From Cetorhinus maximus (Eukaryota): 64,000 bases of DNA. Positions 13,109-26,797 of the stretch are shown here, piece after piece. Each line of letters begins with the position of its first letter. Position 1 is the stretch's first letter. The notes beneath the pieces are model-generated. The model did not search any database. It was not told where the DNA came from and saw nothing but the letters and a program-made list of their open reading frames with translations. The stretch is taken from assembly GCF_964194155.1 (NCBI RefSeq), contig NC_135897.1, forward strand, positions 16,058,001-16,122,000. Direction: 5' to 3'. A program made the position numbers and the translations under genes.

Positions 13109-13919
13109 ATAGGCTCCAGGAAAAGTCAGACCCAGGTTGTAGACAGTTGGGGCATCTTTGTTCAACAGGGTCAGTTTTCTTCATCCCAGCCAGGACGTTA
13201 GCATTCACTGCTCAAAGCAGGGAGGGAGGAAGAAATGGCAGTGGGGGCTGCTCACTCCATGCAGAGCTCAAAGGTAAATTTGCCTCACAGCACCCTGGCA
13301 TCTTCTAACTTGGCAGGTACATTCTCCATTTTTGTTTAAACATCCTTGCATTTAGTGTTTTTCTTCGGTTCAGATTGGTGACACTTACCCAGTCTGGAGC
13401 TGTACAGTGAATAGCAGTGATAAGAGCCCTGGTCTGGTCCACCTTAGCTGACTTTAGTCACCACTTGCTGACAGAACTGGGGGAGGAAGCACTACTTAAC
13501 ATCTCTTAGTATCCCTGGGAAATGGAATGCAAAAAGAAGCCATCCTGACCTGATGAGGATGCACTGACTCCATTTGGAAAGTGTATGAACATTGGTGTTG
13601 AAGGAGCTGGAATGATTGCAGCTTTTCGGCCTTCTCCCAAGGTCAAGCAGCCTCTGCCACTCAAGGTACAGACTCGTACATAAAGACTGCTCACTGATGT
13701 ACAGTTACCAATAATGCAGCAAGAGACTCTGCAGTCAAGGGAGGAAAGGAAGAAAGTCAGGGTTGAGTGGGAGGATCAGTTCTCCTCTTATCCTGATCAC
13801 AAAGCTCATATTATGCCACAAGCCAACCTGCTCTTAACGCTTGGTAAACATGGCAGACACTCAAGGAGCAGGTTAGCAGAAGCCCAAGAGTAGATAGGAT
13901 AGATGCACTGGTGGGGCAG

Positions 13920-14140
13920 AGTGTCAAAAATATAAGGTGGTCACTAATAAATCCAATAAGGAATTCAGGAGAAACTTCATTACCTGGAGAGTGGTGAGAA
14001 GATGAAACTCATTATCACAAGAGTGGTTGAGGAGAATAACATGGAAGCATTGATCGGGAAACAAAGAAATAAGTGAGATGAAGAGCATAAACACTGTATG
14101 GATCAGTAAGGCCCAATGTGCTATTTTTGTTCTGTACATT
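13920..14140 (+). mobile_element. CR1 LINE 3' fragment
   Basis: AAATCCAATAAGGAATTCAGGAGAAACTTC...GAGAGTGGTGAGAA motif, similar to 62600-62890. Confidence 0.65.
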
Positions 14141-14189
14141 CAGTGTAATAGACACCTTGAATCTTTCCTGCCAGTACAAATGGTGGAAA

Positions 14190-14370
14190 CAGACACAGTA
14201 TACACAGGCACACTCACACACACATACTTGCACATGCACACACACGCACAACTCACACACAAACACACACTTCACACACACTTCACACACTCACACACAC
14301 TTCACACACTCACACACACTTCACACACAAACTCTCTCACATACACTCACATACACACTACACACACACG
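14190..14370 (+). repeat. Degenerate (CA)n microsatellite
   Basis: Seen directly. Confidence 0.9.
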
Positions 14371-15096
14371 GTGTTGACATCCCAGCTACAGAAAGATAGT
14401 CCAAGTAAACACGACCAACTTGAAAAAGTCTCGCAAGGACTGAAATCACATTGAGTGGCTCTCCGGAAGTTGCAGTTACTCAGGGCATTGAGCTCCATAT
14501 CCGTTTTTTGCTTTGTCCTGTCTACTTACAATAGACTAACTGGGCAAACACATAGGAATAAGATCTCTTTGTTTCTTTATAACTACAGTCCTCACCCAAA
14601 ATAATATAAAAGAATACAGCTGGAGCGAGTCCTGCAGGCAGTGTGACTTGGCGCTGAATCAGATCTATTACTGTTTCCTATCCAAACAATCCCATCAATT
14701 AGAACATCTGTAATGCATAACTTTGCATTCTCTTAGTTCTGTACACACTCCTTGTGCTTGCAAGCAGAATTTTAGATGATGAGTTAAAGAGGGGCAGCTC
14801 AGAGGTGAGCTTTGTGTACTGGGAAACCAGCCAAGGGGGTTATTTTGATGTTCTGTAATAGTTTCCTTGTGCTGACATGCTCACCACAAAAAACATCAAG
14901 CATGCATAGCCTGAAAACACTTCATTTGACACAAGTGAAACTCTGCGTGCAGGCCAGAAAACTGATCGATACAGATCAATAATCCTGGAGCAAAGAAAGA
15001 CGGCGACTGAGGAGGAGTGTGAGAGACAAAGGCATTAAAGCATTGAGGCACATAGAAATTACAGGGGACGAAGAAGAGAGGCAGCAAAACTGTAAT

Positions 15097-15490
15097 GGTG
15101 GCATAGTGGGAATGTCACTGAATTAGTAATGCTGAGGCCCAAATAATGCTCTGGGGACAGGGGTTCAGATCCCACCATGGCAGTCAGCGGAATTTAAATT
15201 CAATTAATAAAACCTGGAATTGAAAGCTAGTTTCAACAATGGTGACCATGAAATTATCATTGATTGTTGTAAAAACCCATCAGGTTCACTAGTCCCCTTT
15301 AAGAAAGGAAATCTACTGTTGTTACCTGGTCTGGCCTACATGTAACTCCAGACCCACAGCAATGTGGTTGACTCTTAGCTGCTCTCTGAAATGGTCCAGC
15401 AAGCCACTCAGTTCAAGGGCAATTAGGGATGGGAAACAAATGCTGGTCTTGCCAGCGATGCCCACAATACATGAAAGAATATTCAAAAAA
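15097..15490 (+). mobile_element. tRNA-derived SINE (second family)
   Basis: Head GGTGGCATAGTGG...GGTTCAGATCCCACC (A/B-box-like). Near-colinear copy at 51776-52155 and an inverse copy near 31430-31770. Confidence 0.75.
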
Positions 15491-16099
15491 TCCGGGGAGT
15501 AGGTGGGGGGAAAGAGGCAGATGGTAAGACTGGAGAAGAAAGATAATTGCAGTGAACTTGTTTGTTTACCATGTTCTGTGTGGCACTAATTAGCAAAATC
15601 ATTTTGAACAAAAATATATTTCATTTTGGGTCGCATTCATAGTACATTCCTCATTATTGTAAATCTAATGACTCATCTTCATTACCGGTCTTCAATGATG
15701 CAATAAAATCAGTATTAAAATCATCTAAAAATTATAAAATTATTATTTATTAATCCCCTTTAGGGGGAGTGGTAATAATCAATGTGGTTTTAATATGCCA
15801 CAAGGACAGGGGGTTCCTTGGAGTGCATATGTGATCCATAACTTGCGTCTAGACTGCCCCTCTACATCCCTCTATCAGAATGATATCCAGCACTAATCAC
15901 ACAGGGCTTTACCAGTGATATGCCATTTCATTACTTACCCAGCTCTAAACAGATGCTCGGTATTGGATTAGGAATTAGTTTGAATCCATTAGAGGCAATC
16001 CCGCATTCTGAATGCAGGTTAGTGGAAACCAGTCATAGCCTCATCAACCAGATTCACTCTGTGAAAACTAATTTTTAAAAAATCAACACTGGTTGGGTA

Positions 16100-16590
16100 T
16101 ACAGCCCTTTGGACCTGATCCAGCAATCAATTAGATCATTGCTGATCTACACGATCAGCTCCATTTTTCCACTTTAGCTCTTTAGTTCTTGAGATCCTAG
16201 CCTATGAGAAAAATCTTTTGACCTCAATCTTGAAAGTTTCGATTTGTCCCCCAGAATCCACAGCCTTTGGGGGAGACAGTTCCAGATTGTTACTACCCTC
16301 AGTGTGAAGAAATACTTCTTAATTTCCCTCCTGAAAGACCTGACAGTAATTTTAAGATTGAGTCCTTTGTTCCCGATTCACCCACCAGAGGAAATAGTTT
16401 CTCTGCCTCTATCCCATTGCATTCTTGAACATTTTAAGCAACGATCAGATCACCCTCCCTCAGTCTTCCAAACTCTAAAGAATACAAGCTAAGTTTATGC
16501 CACCTGTTTTCAACCTTTCAGCCTTGGGATCATTCTGGTGAATCTGTGCTGCACCCACTCCAAAGCCAATGCATCCTTCCTGAGGAATTG
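16100..16590 (-). mobile_element. CR1 LINE 3' fragment
   Basis: Degenerate similarity to the other minus-strand CR1 ends. Confidence 0.65.
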
Positions 16591-17202
16591 TACATCTGAA
16601 GCGTTCCTCCCCTTTGCAATCCTGCCCCTTGAGATTAAGGCAAGCAATCCTTTTTGATTGCGTTTTGTCCACCAGCTTGACTTTCCTCACTGTTGTCGCT
16701 TTTCTCAACTAAGGTGTCCTTTTACCATCCCATAATTCATCTGCCTCCTTCCATCCACCTTCCACTACTGATGATCCTTATGACAAATTCCAAACAATCA
16801 AGGAGCACAGATTTGAGAAACCAATTCACAGAATTCCCATTGCATTCAGAGTCAAAGACAAAGATACACCCACTTAATTCTGTGGCAATTGGAAAAAGTC
16901 AGTCTTCTGGCCACTTATTCCATGATCAAGCTCAATATGATAATTTTTGCAAATAAACCCTGTTGCCATAGAAATGGCACCTTCTTTGTATAATTCTAAA
17001 CTAATGAATTAACTAATTGGGTTAGTGACTGTCGCATGCGCATAATTCCAGACACATTTCTTCACTGTAATTATTTCTTCTGGGCTTTAGATTGATTTCT
17101 CTGTTTTACCAAGGTGACACGCTTGATTTTTCAGAGCAGTGGACCCCAGTGGAAGTCACTCTCACACCTTACAACACAGACCCTGTACAAGACAGATTTT
17201 CA

Positions 17203-17204
<2 letters not shown>

Positions 17205-17243
<39 letters not shown>
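17205..17243 (+). repeat. Perfect (GT)n microsatellite
   Basis: Seen directly. Confidence 0.95.
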
Positions 17244-17246
<3 letters not shown>

Positions 17247-17834
17247 GGGGGGTGCGCGTCGGGGTCAGGGATGGTGGAAATGGAGGGTTAGAATCTTCCA
17301 GATGGCTTGCACATCGCTAAATAGGAACAGCTGAAGGAACCACAGCAGGAGCAATATTAAATCACCAGCTCTTTTCCTGATAAGTCCTTTGTTAGACAGG
17401 TGTTCCCATCTTGATGAGTAAATACACATCACGGAGGCAGGACTGCTCCATCTGACTCCCTGGAAAGGGGTTTCACCCCGATATAAGGACAGGAATGAAG
17501 GGTGGGCAGGCACATTTTGTGATGCCAGCCACCACGCCAGTTTGCCAACACTATCCCGCCCCCAAGCCATTTTCATTGGAGACTGGAACGGTGACCTGCC
17601 CTCAAGTGCCAAGTAACCTGGTTAGGTCATTAAGACACCAATTAAGGCCACTGATTAGAGGCCAACTGGAATTTTTCAGTTGCCCTGCAGACCCCCGCAG
17701 TGTTGCAAGCATGGCAGCTTTCTGGAGGTGACCACACAGAGGCAGACTGGGGTTGGCAGGTGAGCGGGGCACTGATCCAGGGAGACTTTGAGGCCCACCC
17801 CAGCCATCACCTACCTGGCTACAGCTGCAGCCCC

Positions 17835-18300
17835 AGGGAGGAGGGAAGGGTGAGAGGAAGTGGAGAGAAAGAGGGAGGGGAAGGGAGAGAGAGAGAGAGG
17901 TGTGTGGTGAGAGGGGCTGGGGGGAGAGGAAGAGAGGAGAAGAGGGAGTGGAAGAGAGGGGATGAGAGAGGTAGAAGGGCACAGGGGGGGGTGAGCACAG
18001 AGGGGGAGGGAGCAGAGTACAAGAAGCAAGCAAAGAGGATAGAGAGGAAGTGAAAAGGACAAGAGAAGGAAGGGGAAAGAGAGAGAGGCAGGGAGAGGAG
18101 AAGAGAGAGAGGGAGGATGAATAAAGAGGGAATGGAGAGGAAATGGGAGGGGGTGGAAGAGGAAGAGGGAAGAAGGAGGAAGAGGGAGGGGAAGGAAAGA
18201 GAAGGGGAAGATAAGAAGGGAGGGGACAGGAGGAGGTGGCTAGTGAGAGAGGGGGAGGGATGAGAGAAGGAAAGGAAAGGGAGGTGCGGGGTGGTGGGGA
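17835..18300 (+). repeat. Polypurine (G/A) low-complexity tract
   Basis: About 460 bp that is almost entirely G and A on the plus strand. Confidence 0.9.
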
Positions 18301-18360
18301 TCAAGGAATGGCATGTTCACATTTTAACTTTATTGAGTGAAACCATGATTTAGAAAGAAT

Positions 18361-18472
18361 GGCCAGAATTTTCTAACTCTCCCGTGGCGGGGCTGGTGAA
18401 CCATTGAAATCTCCATTCACATCGGCTGGACCGGAAGATCCCACTGGTGTGAGGGGCTGGAAAATTCCAGCC
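18361..18472. mobile_element. Short Harbinger-like MITE (~110 bp family)
   Basis: TIR GGCCAGAATTTTC / GAAAATTCCAGCC, TSD AAT/AAT, internal similarity to 21723-21823. Confidence 0.8.
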
Positions 18473-21035
18473 AATATGTCTAAAGCAGGAGGTGAAGGTT
18501 AATTTTAGCCTAAACCACTCGATGGGAAGCTGAAGGGTTTAGTTGATCATTTGGTTCACACTCTACCTTATTTTAAACATCATTGGCTTTAATTGCATGT
18601 AAAATTGTGCAGGGTGTAAAACTCACTTTCCTTTCAATGTTGTCAGTTTCCCACTGGCAGGTTAGTTAAAATTGTGCCGATGATCACACTGCGTCAAACA
18701 CACCAACACATTCTAGGGTCATCTAGGTCCCTTTAAAATGCAGAAGGTGAACTAAGAATAAATTTCCTGTACGTCAGTATACCAGTCATACAGGAAACTA
18801 GTGTAACATTAATTCATGTTCTACAGAGTTACAAAGAATTTACAGAAACAGGCAATTTGGCCCAAATGGTCCATTTATAGCATTTATGTTCCACAAGAAT
18901 CATCACCCACTTATTTCATCGAAGACGTTCCTTTCTCCTTCATGTCCTGATCTAGCTTCACCTTAAATGTGTTAAGAAGGCCTTTGATTATTTCTCCCAT
19001 TTATTGTCCCGTTTCATACCCTTTATTTACCCCTCCTCCACCCGCCTCTCCGCAACCCCCTCAACCCACTGTCGACATGGGACACGAGTGATTCAATTAG
19101 CTGCATCCTCCACGTTCCATTCATTCATCTACAATGATGTGTAACATCAGCAGATGTGAAGGTGTCCCCTATTTTAGTGGGAGGTGCTGAGTCAAAGCCA
19201 TAGTGTAGAGCACAATCATGATCAAAAAGAGGACCAGAGCAGGAGGAGGCAACTGAAGAAACAGTGACAAGACAACACAAAGAAGTTGGATCTGCAGAGA
19301 GGCAGGGTAGACTGGAGGGAATGGCAGAAATGTTTGTGGAGGAGGACTGAGGTGCCAATGAACAGGTACACAAAGTGGAAACAGAGAATCGCCCAGGCAC
19401 GCAATCCATGTCAGTGTTAACCCTCCACATGGTCAAATAGTTTGAATCACAATTGCCAAAACTGCGTGAAGAGTTGGAAATTTTGGGGTTATTTTGCTCA
19501 ATTATCTTTGGGAATCAGCTAGAATTTTTCCTGAGAAAATGAAATAAAGCTGGCCTTTCAGCCTATCAAATCAGCCCCATGTGACATTACTCCTTCATGG
19601 AAATATCCACTTTCACATTACCTGTTGTTCCCCCAATTTACGAAATTAACTGCACTCCCCTTAAAGAACAAGCAGTGAGACGTTAAATGACTCTACCACC
19701 CTCAACCCTGCTACTCAACAGATATTGATCTAGCCCTTAAATCATCCATTCCCTCTTTGTGGGTCTGTTCCCATACCAGCATCATTTGAGGGAAATATTT
19801 ACTTTATTAACTTTGAACCTTGCTTGAAGGTTTTGTATCTATTTTGTACTCATGTCCTCTAGTCCTATATGTTTGTAGCCCTTAGGCAAATACTCTAAAT
19901 GGTCAGTGGAAGAAGCAGTGTTCGTGTGTGCCTCTACCTTCCATCTCCTGTTTCCCTGCCTCTGTCCTTTTCTCTCCTCCATAATAGTGTGTATGTGTTT
20001 CTCCCCCTCTCTCTCTGTCTCTCTCCACCATTCTTTGTATGTGGGTCTCTCTTGATCCTCCCCAGCGTTTTGACATGTGTCACTCTAATTTACTCTCTCT
20101 TGTTCAATGGTTTCTTGAGTTTGAAGGATGGGAGTAAACCTCACCCTGTTAAAGAGACTGGGTGACACAGTGGATGGGAATGATATCTTGCGTCTAAATT
20201 GAAACACAAGAACCTTTTCTTTCTCTGTGTCAGTTATGCTCCATAATTAGCAACATTAGCAGAGTGAAGCCAGCTGTGTTTGAGAAGAAACAAGTTATTT
20301 CTTCCAGTTCGCCTGAGAAATCATTATTTTTGGCCTGATCCCTTGCTAATACTGCCAGGACCTCTGTGCTCCCAGATCGTATGTCCACATGTTACAGCTC
20401 CACAGTGTTACATAATGTGATAAGTTATTCTAAATAAAATACTTGAATCTCTGCTTTCAGCATTGTGCCATACTGAGCAGCTGATTCAAGTGTGGTGGTG
20501 TGACACACAAGGTTTGGGGGGACCCTATCATGGAGGCCATTGTCTGCGTTACATTGACTACGCCTGAACCCCAATCTGAACTTGGTCAGCCTTTGGCTCA
20601 ATACTGACTAAGAATTTCTCTTCTTTTTCCCATTGTTGTCAATGTTCAGCTTTGTGTGGGAGGCAAGAGACAAAGGGAGGGGCTGGGAGCCACTGCCAAA
20701 ATGTCAAAAGAAATGTGAAATGTGGACTTGCTGTGCCAACACTGCATTGCCAAACTGGCCTCCTGTGTTCACTCCACAGATGCTGAGTGACCTACTGAGA
20801 CTTCCCAGCATTTTCTGCTTTTGTCTGAAATTCTGCAGCATTTTCACTTTCCATTAACACTTCCAAGCTCACTCCCTGCTTTTTCTTTTTGTGTATTGTG
20901 TGATTTAATATATCTCTTCTTGTTTAATGTTCCCCATGACAGATTTCCCCACGGGAAGGGATCAGAATGGCTATTTTAACAACTGCAGGTGGTAGCCTGA
21001 TTGCTGTTTTTAAATAAATCACATTTTTTCCCATA

Positions 21036-21330
21036 AGAACAAGGAGGCCATTCAGCCCCTCAAGTATGTTCCTCTACTTCATTAAATCATGACTGATCTG
21101 TATTTAACTTCATCTATCCGCATGGGTACCCTTAATACCCTTACCCAACAAAAATTTATCAATCTCAACTTTGAAATTTTAAATTGGCCCCCAGCCTCAA
21201 TAGCTTTCCAGGGGAGGGATTTTTAAATTTCAATTGCCCTTTCTGTGAAGAAGTGTTTACTGAAATCACCCCTAATTTAAAAGCGGTGCCCCTTTGCTCT
21301 GAATTCTTCCACCAGATGAAATAGTTTTTT
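21036..21330 (-). mobile_element. CR1 LINE 3' end
   Basis: GGAGGCCATTCAGCCCCTCAAG tail motif. A further CR1 fragment lies at about 21690-21915. Confidence 0.7.
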
Positions 21331-21354
21331 GTTATTTTTCCATTCCTGTCAAAT

Positions 21355-21685
21355 GTGGCACAATTGGTAGCACATGTGTTCCTGAGTCACAGGGTTCTGG
21401 GTTTGAGTCCCACTTAAGGACAAAAATCAAGGCCAACTCACCAGTGTGTTACTGAGGGTGTAGTGCACTGTTAGAGGTGATATTAAACCAAGGTCCATCT
21501 GCCTGCTCAGGTGGTTGGAAAAGATCCCATGGTATTATTTCAAAGGAATGCAGGGGAACCCCCCCCGCCCTGGTGTCCTGGCCAATATTCATCCCTAAAT
21601 TAACATTACAACTAAAACCAGATTATCTGGTTATTACTGAATTCTGTTTGCGGGATCTTCCTGTGTGCATATTGGTTGTCGTATA
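21355..21685 (+). mobile_element. DeuSINE (SacSINE1-like)
   Basis: AAAGATCCCATGG...GGTGTCCTGGCCAATATT...GATTATCTGG core. Confidence 0.75.
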
Positions 21686-21722
21686 TTCTTCCTGAGGTGC
21701 AGTGCCCAGAACTGAACACAGT

Positions 21723-21823
21723 GGGCGGAATTTTACTGTTGAGGCTAGAAAATGCGGCGAGCCATTCGAAAGTCCACTCAACTCGGCGGGACCGAAAAAT
21801 CCCGCCACCGTTAAATTCCACCC
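21723..21823. mobile_element. Short Harbinger-like MITE (~100 bp) inserted in a CR1 fragment
   Basis: TIR GGGCGGAATTT / AAATTCCACCC, TSD AGT/AGT. Removal restores the CR1 sequence AACTGAACACAGTATTC. Confidence 0.85.
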
Positions 21824-22449
21824 AGTATTCTAAAAGGGGTCCAACCTGAGCTCTAACTAAATGTGACATAACACTAAGCCTTTTGTATTCCAGTCCTTTT
21901 GAGATAAAGACCAACGCGCAGTGATGCCCTAGAGATTCATTCTCCGTTCCTGGAGCTTCTGAGCATTCTGGAAGGGTTACTGACCCACGGGGATGGTGAC
22001 ATCACTGCCACAACATAGGAAAGATTACCTGTTGGGTCACTGGGCAATCCCTTTCAGGTGGAAGTGCTTTTAATTTTGTTTGTTCTGTTTGCACACGGCA
22101 AGGAATAACAGAATATTGTGGACTAACGCCCAGCTTGCCAGAGGTGCTCAGATCTTGAAAATGAATAAAGAAAACAGCAAGATGCCGGGCGATCAGTCCA
22201 TGCAGGCAGTGGAACCAAGGGTTTGGTCAAGGATTCACAGTTACAGTACAGATACAGTTGGGTTTGATACTGGAAGTAAGGTCAGAGCATTGAATAATGG
22301 AGAGGCCTTATCCAAATATTGCAATTGGCTTCACGTTGCCACTTTCTCAGCTGCAGTCAGTGCTGGACAATTCTCTTTCAAGCCCACATGTGGTGTTGCT
22401 AAACAAATACCAATGATTCGCTCAGACCACTAAGAGCTGTTTTCATTAT

Positions 22450-22825
22450 GGTGAAGTGCTTTGAGAATGTTTGTGAGGTACAGAAGGTATGTCAAAGATG
22501 GATCCGATTTGATGAGGAGGTCCAGTATGACCAACTCATTATCTTTTAATCAAACAAGAAGAACTGGAACAAGGGGTCACAACATTAAAAGTAGAGCCAT
22601 GCCATTCAGGAATGAAATTAGAAAGCAATTTTTCACAGAAAGGGTAGTAAAACTGTGGAATTCTCTCCCCAAAATACTGTGGGCATTATGAGTCAGTTTG
22701 TTTTTTTCTGTCGCGTAATGTTATCAAGGGATATGCAGCAAAGGCAGGTTAATGGAGCTCAGTCCTGATCTAATTTAATGGTGGAACAGGCTTGAGAATC
22801 TGAATGTCCTACTTCTAGTCCTACA
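22450..22825 (+). mobile_element. CR1 LINE 3' fragment
   Basis: ORF remnant TRGHNIK...FRNEIRKQFFTERVVKLWNSLP. Confidence 0.8.
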
Positions 22826-23390
22826 TTCACATTTAAATACCTGGTAACTGCAGAAGCTGAAATGGCCTCATCAGATAGACCAATGTGAGCTCAATAATCT
22901 TAGGTAGAAACTTCTCTCATTTTAACCAAACCCTCTCTCTGGTTCCAATCTTTAGTCACTAAAGGTGCATAAGTTTCAACATGTTGAACCCTGAGAATAT
23001 TTGTTCAATATTTATCCACGAGGCTTTTTTCCCCTCGTTCTTCCCAGGTACCATGGCAGCTACACTGTCACGGATGCCATCTTTTATAGATGAGAGGTTA
23101 AACTATGGCCCAGGGTTAATGTCCTAGACATTGCTGCAAACAATCCAGGAGAAAAACCAGAGGGACATTAATAAAAATGTTTTTCCATTTTCTTTGAATA
23201 AATTTTTATTATTACTTATAAAAGCATTGGAGATGGGAAAAATGGATTGTTTCACTGCAATGTTCAGAGGTAAGAGATCATATGTTGAATATAAATATGA
23301 ATACGAATAAATTCATCCAAGTTGGAAGCTCTTAATTAAGCACAAAACCTGCAGCTCCATCAAACCCCAGCCATGCAAATAGGTACAACT

Positions 23391-23798
23391 CAAAGTTTCT
23401 CAAACCAGGCTCTGGGATTTTTCAGGAGTCCGTGAAATAGTGAAGACATACATGAGAGAACAGCGGCTGGAGGCAGGCCTTGCTGTGAGCCAAGAGGGGC
23501 GACTGAAGTGCAGCCACCAAATGTATAGCATAGGGTGGGAGAGTAGTCTCACCTCAAGGATAGCGTGCATGGAGGAGTGCTAAGAGCAGCAGGAAGATGG
23601 CCATTAGACTCGCAATTACCAATGCTGGCAGTGGATGCCAGGTGAGTTCAGAGAGGGGTGTTTTGTAAATATTGACGACTTAAATATAAATGTATCCCAG
23701 CATTGAGCATGATATAGTATAATTTACACTGCAGGGGCCCATGATTTCTGATCCATCAAAAAAGGAGCTTTTCAACCAGAAAGGTTTGGGAACCATTA
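23391..23798. mobile_element. Possible old hAT-like MITE
   Basis: Degenerate termini CAAAGTTTCTCAAACC / AGGTTTGGGAACCATT resemble CAGTGGTTCCCAAAC-type TIRs. No TSD. Confidence 0.3.
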
Positions 23799-25239
23799 TA
23801 GTAAGGCATCCTGGTCTTCAGTTGTGAGGCTAATTTGCAACAAATATTGCTCAACTGAATGTACAAAATTTGGAAGGATACCTGGAGATTAAACAGTGAA
23901 ACTAAATGCAGAGTCACAGGATGCTTGTTTGAACTCAGTACTCAGCTGCCAGTATTGGCCGCTTGCCAACAAGGGGTATGAGGCAGAGATTAGACACTTC
24001 ACTGTCTACTCGCCAATAACCCGCACCCCACAGGGAAAGATCCATGGAGAGAGATAACCAATGAGGCTCTGGTAATCACACCTGTCATAACCTGTGAGGT
24101 CCATAAATGACCAGGCTATTTAAAAAGAAAAGGAATAATTGATTCCAGAGGTAAACGGCTGCCAGTGAGCATTTGAATTGGGATAGCACACAGCAGGGTC
24201 AGTGTTTTGAGAAATGTGATCTTCAGTTTCCAGTGAGTCACACAGTGTTGAAATACAATGTGGCTCTGAGGCAATATGGAAGTGATCAGCAAGTGTTGGG
24301 ATGGAGTCTGCACAGACAGAAAGGAAATATAATACCATATAAAAACACACCTGTAGCAAGGAACACTAATTTCTAAACTTCTGACACTTTTGATTATATA
24401 GTTAATACATTAAGAATAGTGGCCTGATATACCCCATATATTCTTCCCGAAAACTGCTTGCCTTCCTCCAATCACTGCCCGGCTGATCAGAAGCGACTGT
24501 CAAGGTGATACCCTGATCTCACAGAGGGGAAATGCTTCAAACTGCTTGATTCAGAGTGAGTGTTCCAATCACCTTTGATCAGCCTGAGCTCCGTCGTGGC
24601 TCTGCTTAGACCTCATTTATTGTGGCCTACCTCGATGTGAATGGCCCACAGTAGCAGTTAAACAGTGGGACCATTACCATCGCCCCTCCCCCACCCCCGC
24701 TGAAATCAATCATTTATTTTTTTAAAAGACTGCTCACAGGTTATGACAGGTGTGATTGCTTAGATCCCTGGAGGTCACACTCGCAGGGAGAGTCACTGAA
24801 AACAGATAATGACTCCTGACCCGCACTAGTAATATGTTACTCGATACCTACTGTAACAGGAGACAGCAGCCTGACAAATCTAACCATTGAAATATCGCCA
24901 TCACTAGACACTAAACTGTAAACCTATTGGGAAATCCAGAATGGAACAGGCTTTCAGTGGCTACAACACTGATCCATCATCGGCAGGAGACCAGGCCAAG
25001 ATCAGTCAATGGGAGGCCTCCCGGGGATTTGGTGGTAAATGAACCTCAAGTGATATCACTGAGAACTGTCACTGAGGCTCCCCTGCGCAGTGAGTTCAAA
25101 CCTCAGTTGGACCCAATGATGGCATCAGACCCCAAGTTGCAAATCTGAAGGAGTAAAAATCCAGGCACTTTCCAGATCAGTAACCTGGTGCATTTTAACT
25201 GCCCTCTGGATTTAACGCACCCACCCCCACCCCCAACAC

Positions 25240-25440
25240 CCACACACAGGTATGCATACACATGGATACGTACACACACGGATAAACCCATGGATATGCA
25301 CACGCAAGTGGATACACATACTCACAAATGCACGGAAATACATGCATGCATGCACACACACAAACATGCGCGCACACACACTCACACACACACAAACATG
25401 CACGCACACACACACACACGCAAGCACACTCAGAGACACT
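25240..25440 (+). repeat. Degenerate (CA)n microsatellite
   Basis: Seen directly. Confidence 0.85.
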
Positions 25441-26214
25441 AAAGTGGGCGCGATGGAACAGGGATACTGATTGTAACACAAACTGTGCTACAGTGGAGTG
25501 GCTGAAAGCAGGGATACTTGGAACATATCCATGTACACCTTGTCGACGAGAAACAGCAGGAGTGTGACAGAGTAATGATTCTGTTTTATAACAAATCCTT
25601 GCCTCTACTGCCATTGACTCACGGTGTTTTGCTAGACCCTGTGTTAATTCTCTGCCGTGATGTTAAACAGGGATGAAAGGTCTGCCAGAATATCCTTCCT
25701 CTTTATGTTTAGATCAAATTGAACTGGCCAGTTTCACTGCACACATCATTTCAAGAGCAAATATCCGTTCTGTATAACTGGAAGGGAGAGAATATACATA
25801 CTAGTGCATGCTTTTCATTCAAAACAATGAGGAGAAAATCCATTAGTTGTCTTTTTGTGCAATGTTGATTTATTTGCTGCCTTTTAATAATAATTTATTA
25901 GTTTATTGCAATAAAACATCCCAAGACACTTTACAGGAGCAATATTTGAAACAAGCCATTTGGCGGCCAAGGAGGGAGCTTTTAATGAGCATATTAAAAG
26001 AGGACTACAATGCCTCCTCATCATGCACCACTTCTCAGGCTGAGGGGGCAGCAGTGGCCACATACCTCAGCCTCTGCCATTCTTAATTCGATTTGGGAGC
26101 TGTTATGGGCATATTCTTTCCCTAACATGCTGGTTTGAGTTTTTTTTAAGAGGGTTTGATAAAGAAGCTCCAAGTGATAGCAGATGAAAAGGCACAAATT
26201 CATCAGTCAACCAG

Positions 26215-26600
26215 TTTCTGGAGACTTCAGCACAAAATCCAGCTGACACTCCTCGTGCAGGACTGAGGGAGTGCTGCACTGTCGGAGATGCCATCTTTCA
26301 AATGAGATGTTAACTCGAGATCCTGCCAATCCTCTCAGGTGGGCAGAAAGGCTCCCATGGTAATAGTGGAAGAGGAATAGGGGAGTTCTTCCTCGTGTCA
26401 ACATTGGTCTCTCAACCAATCTCACAAAAATAGATGATCTGATTATCTCATTGCTGATTGTGGGACTTTAATGAGCATAAACTGGCAGCCATGTTTATGA
26501 CATCACAATAGTGATTACACATCAAAAGGATTTCATTGGCTGTAAAGTGTTTTAGGATGTCCTAAAGTCATGAAAGGTGCTCATATGTGTAAATCCTTAC
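26215..26600 (+). mobile_element. DeuSINE (SacSINE1-like)
   Basis: ACTGAGGGAGTGCTGCACTGTCGGAG...TTCATTGGCTGTAAAGTG...CATGAAAGGTGC. Confidence 0.75.
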
Positions 26601-26797
26601 CAGTTCTTTACTTTAATCTGATTACCTTTTTCCAAAACTTTGTACCGTATATATCAGACTAAGGTTGAGGAGAAATTGCTTTCACTGGTACACAGAAAGA
26701 GGGAGCAAGAGAGACCATCAAATCGAACTCCCATGTCTGCTCGAAAGCAGTACTGAAATTATAGTGGCTTTACTGTGCATCTAATTTTCATCCTGTC

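Noticed and set aside
13388-13480. Strong minus-strand donor GGTAAGTG
   Set aside because: All three frames from the nearest plausible acceptor contain stops.
14015-14399. His/Thr- and Cys/Val-rich ORFs (also at 25.2, 53.8, 56.0 and 57.3 kb)
   Set aside because: These are translations of CA/GT microsatellites.
15097-15180. tRNA-like A/B boxes (also at 11965, 46270 and 51776)
   Set aside because: They are SINE heads continuing into repeat bodies, with no complete cloverleaf.
17602-18304. Leu/Ser/Pro-rich ORFs up to 161 aa
   Set aside because: These are translations of the polypurine tract.
19125-19436. 103-aa Ser/Cys-rich ORF
   Set aside because: No recognisable domain or splice signals, and length compatible with chance.
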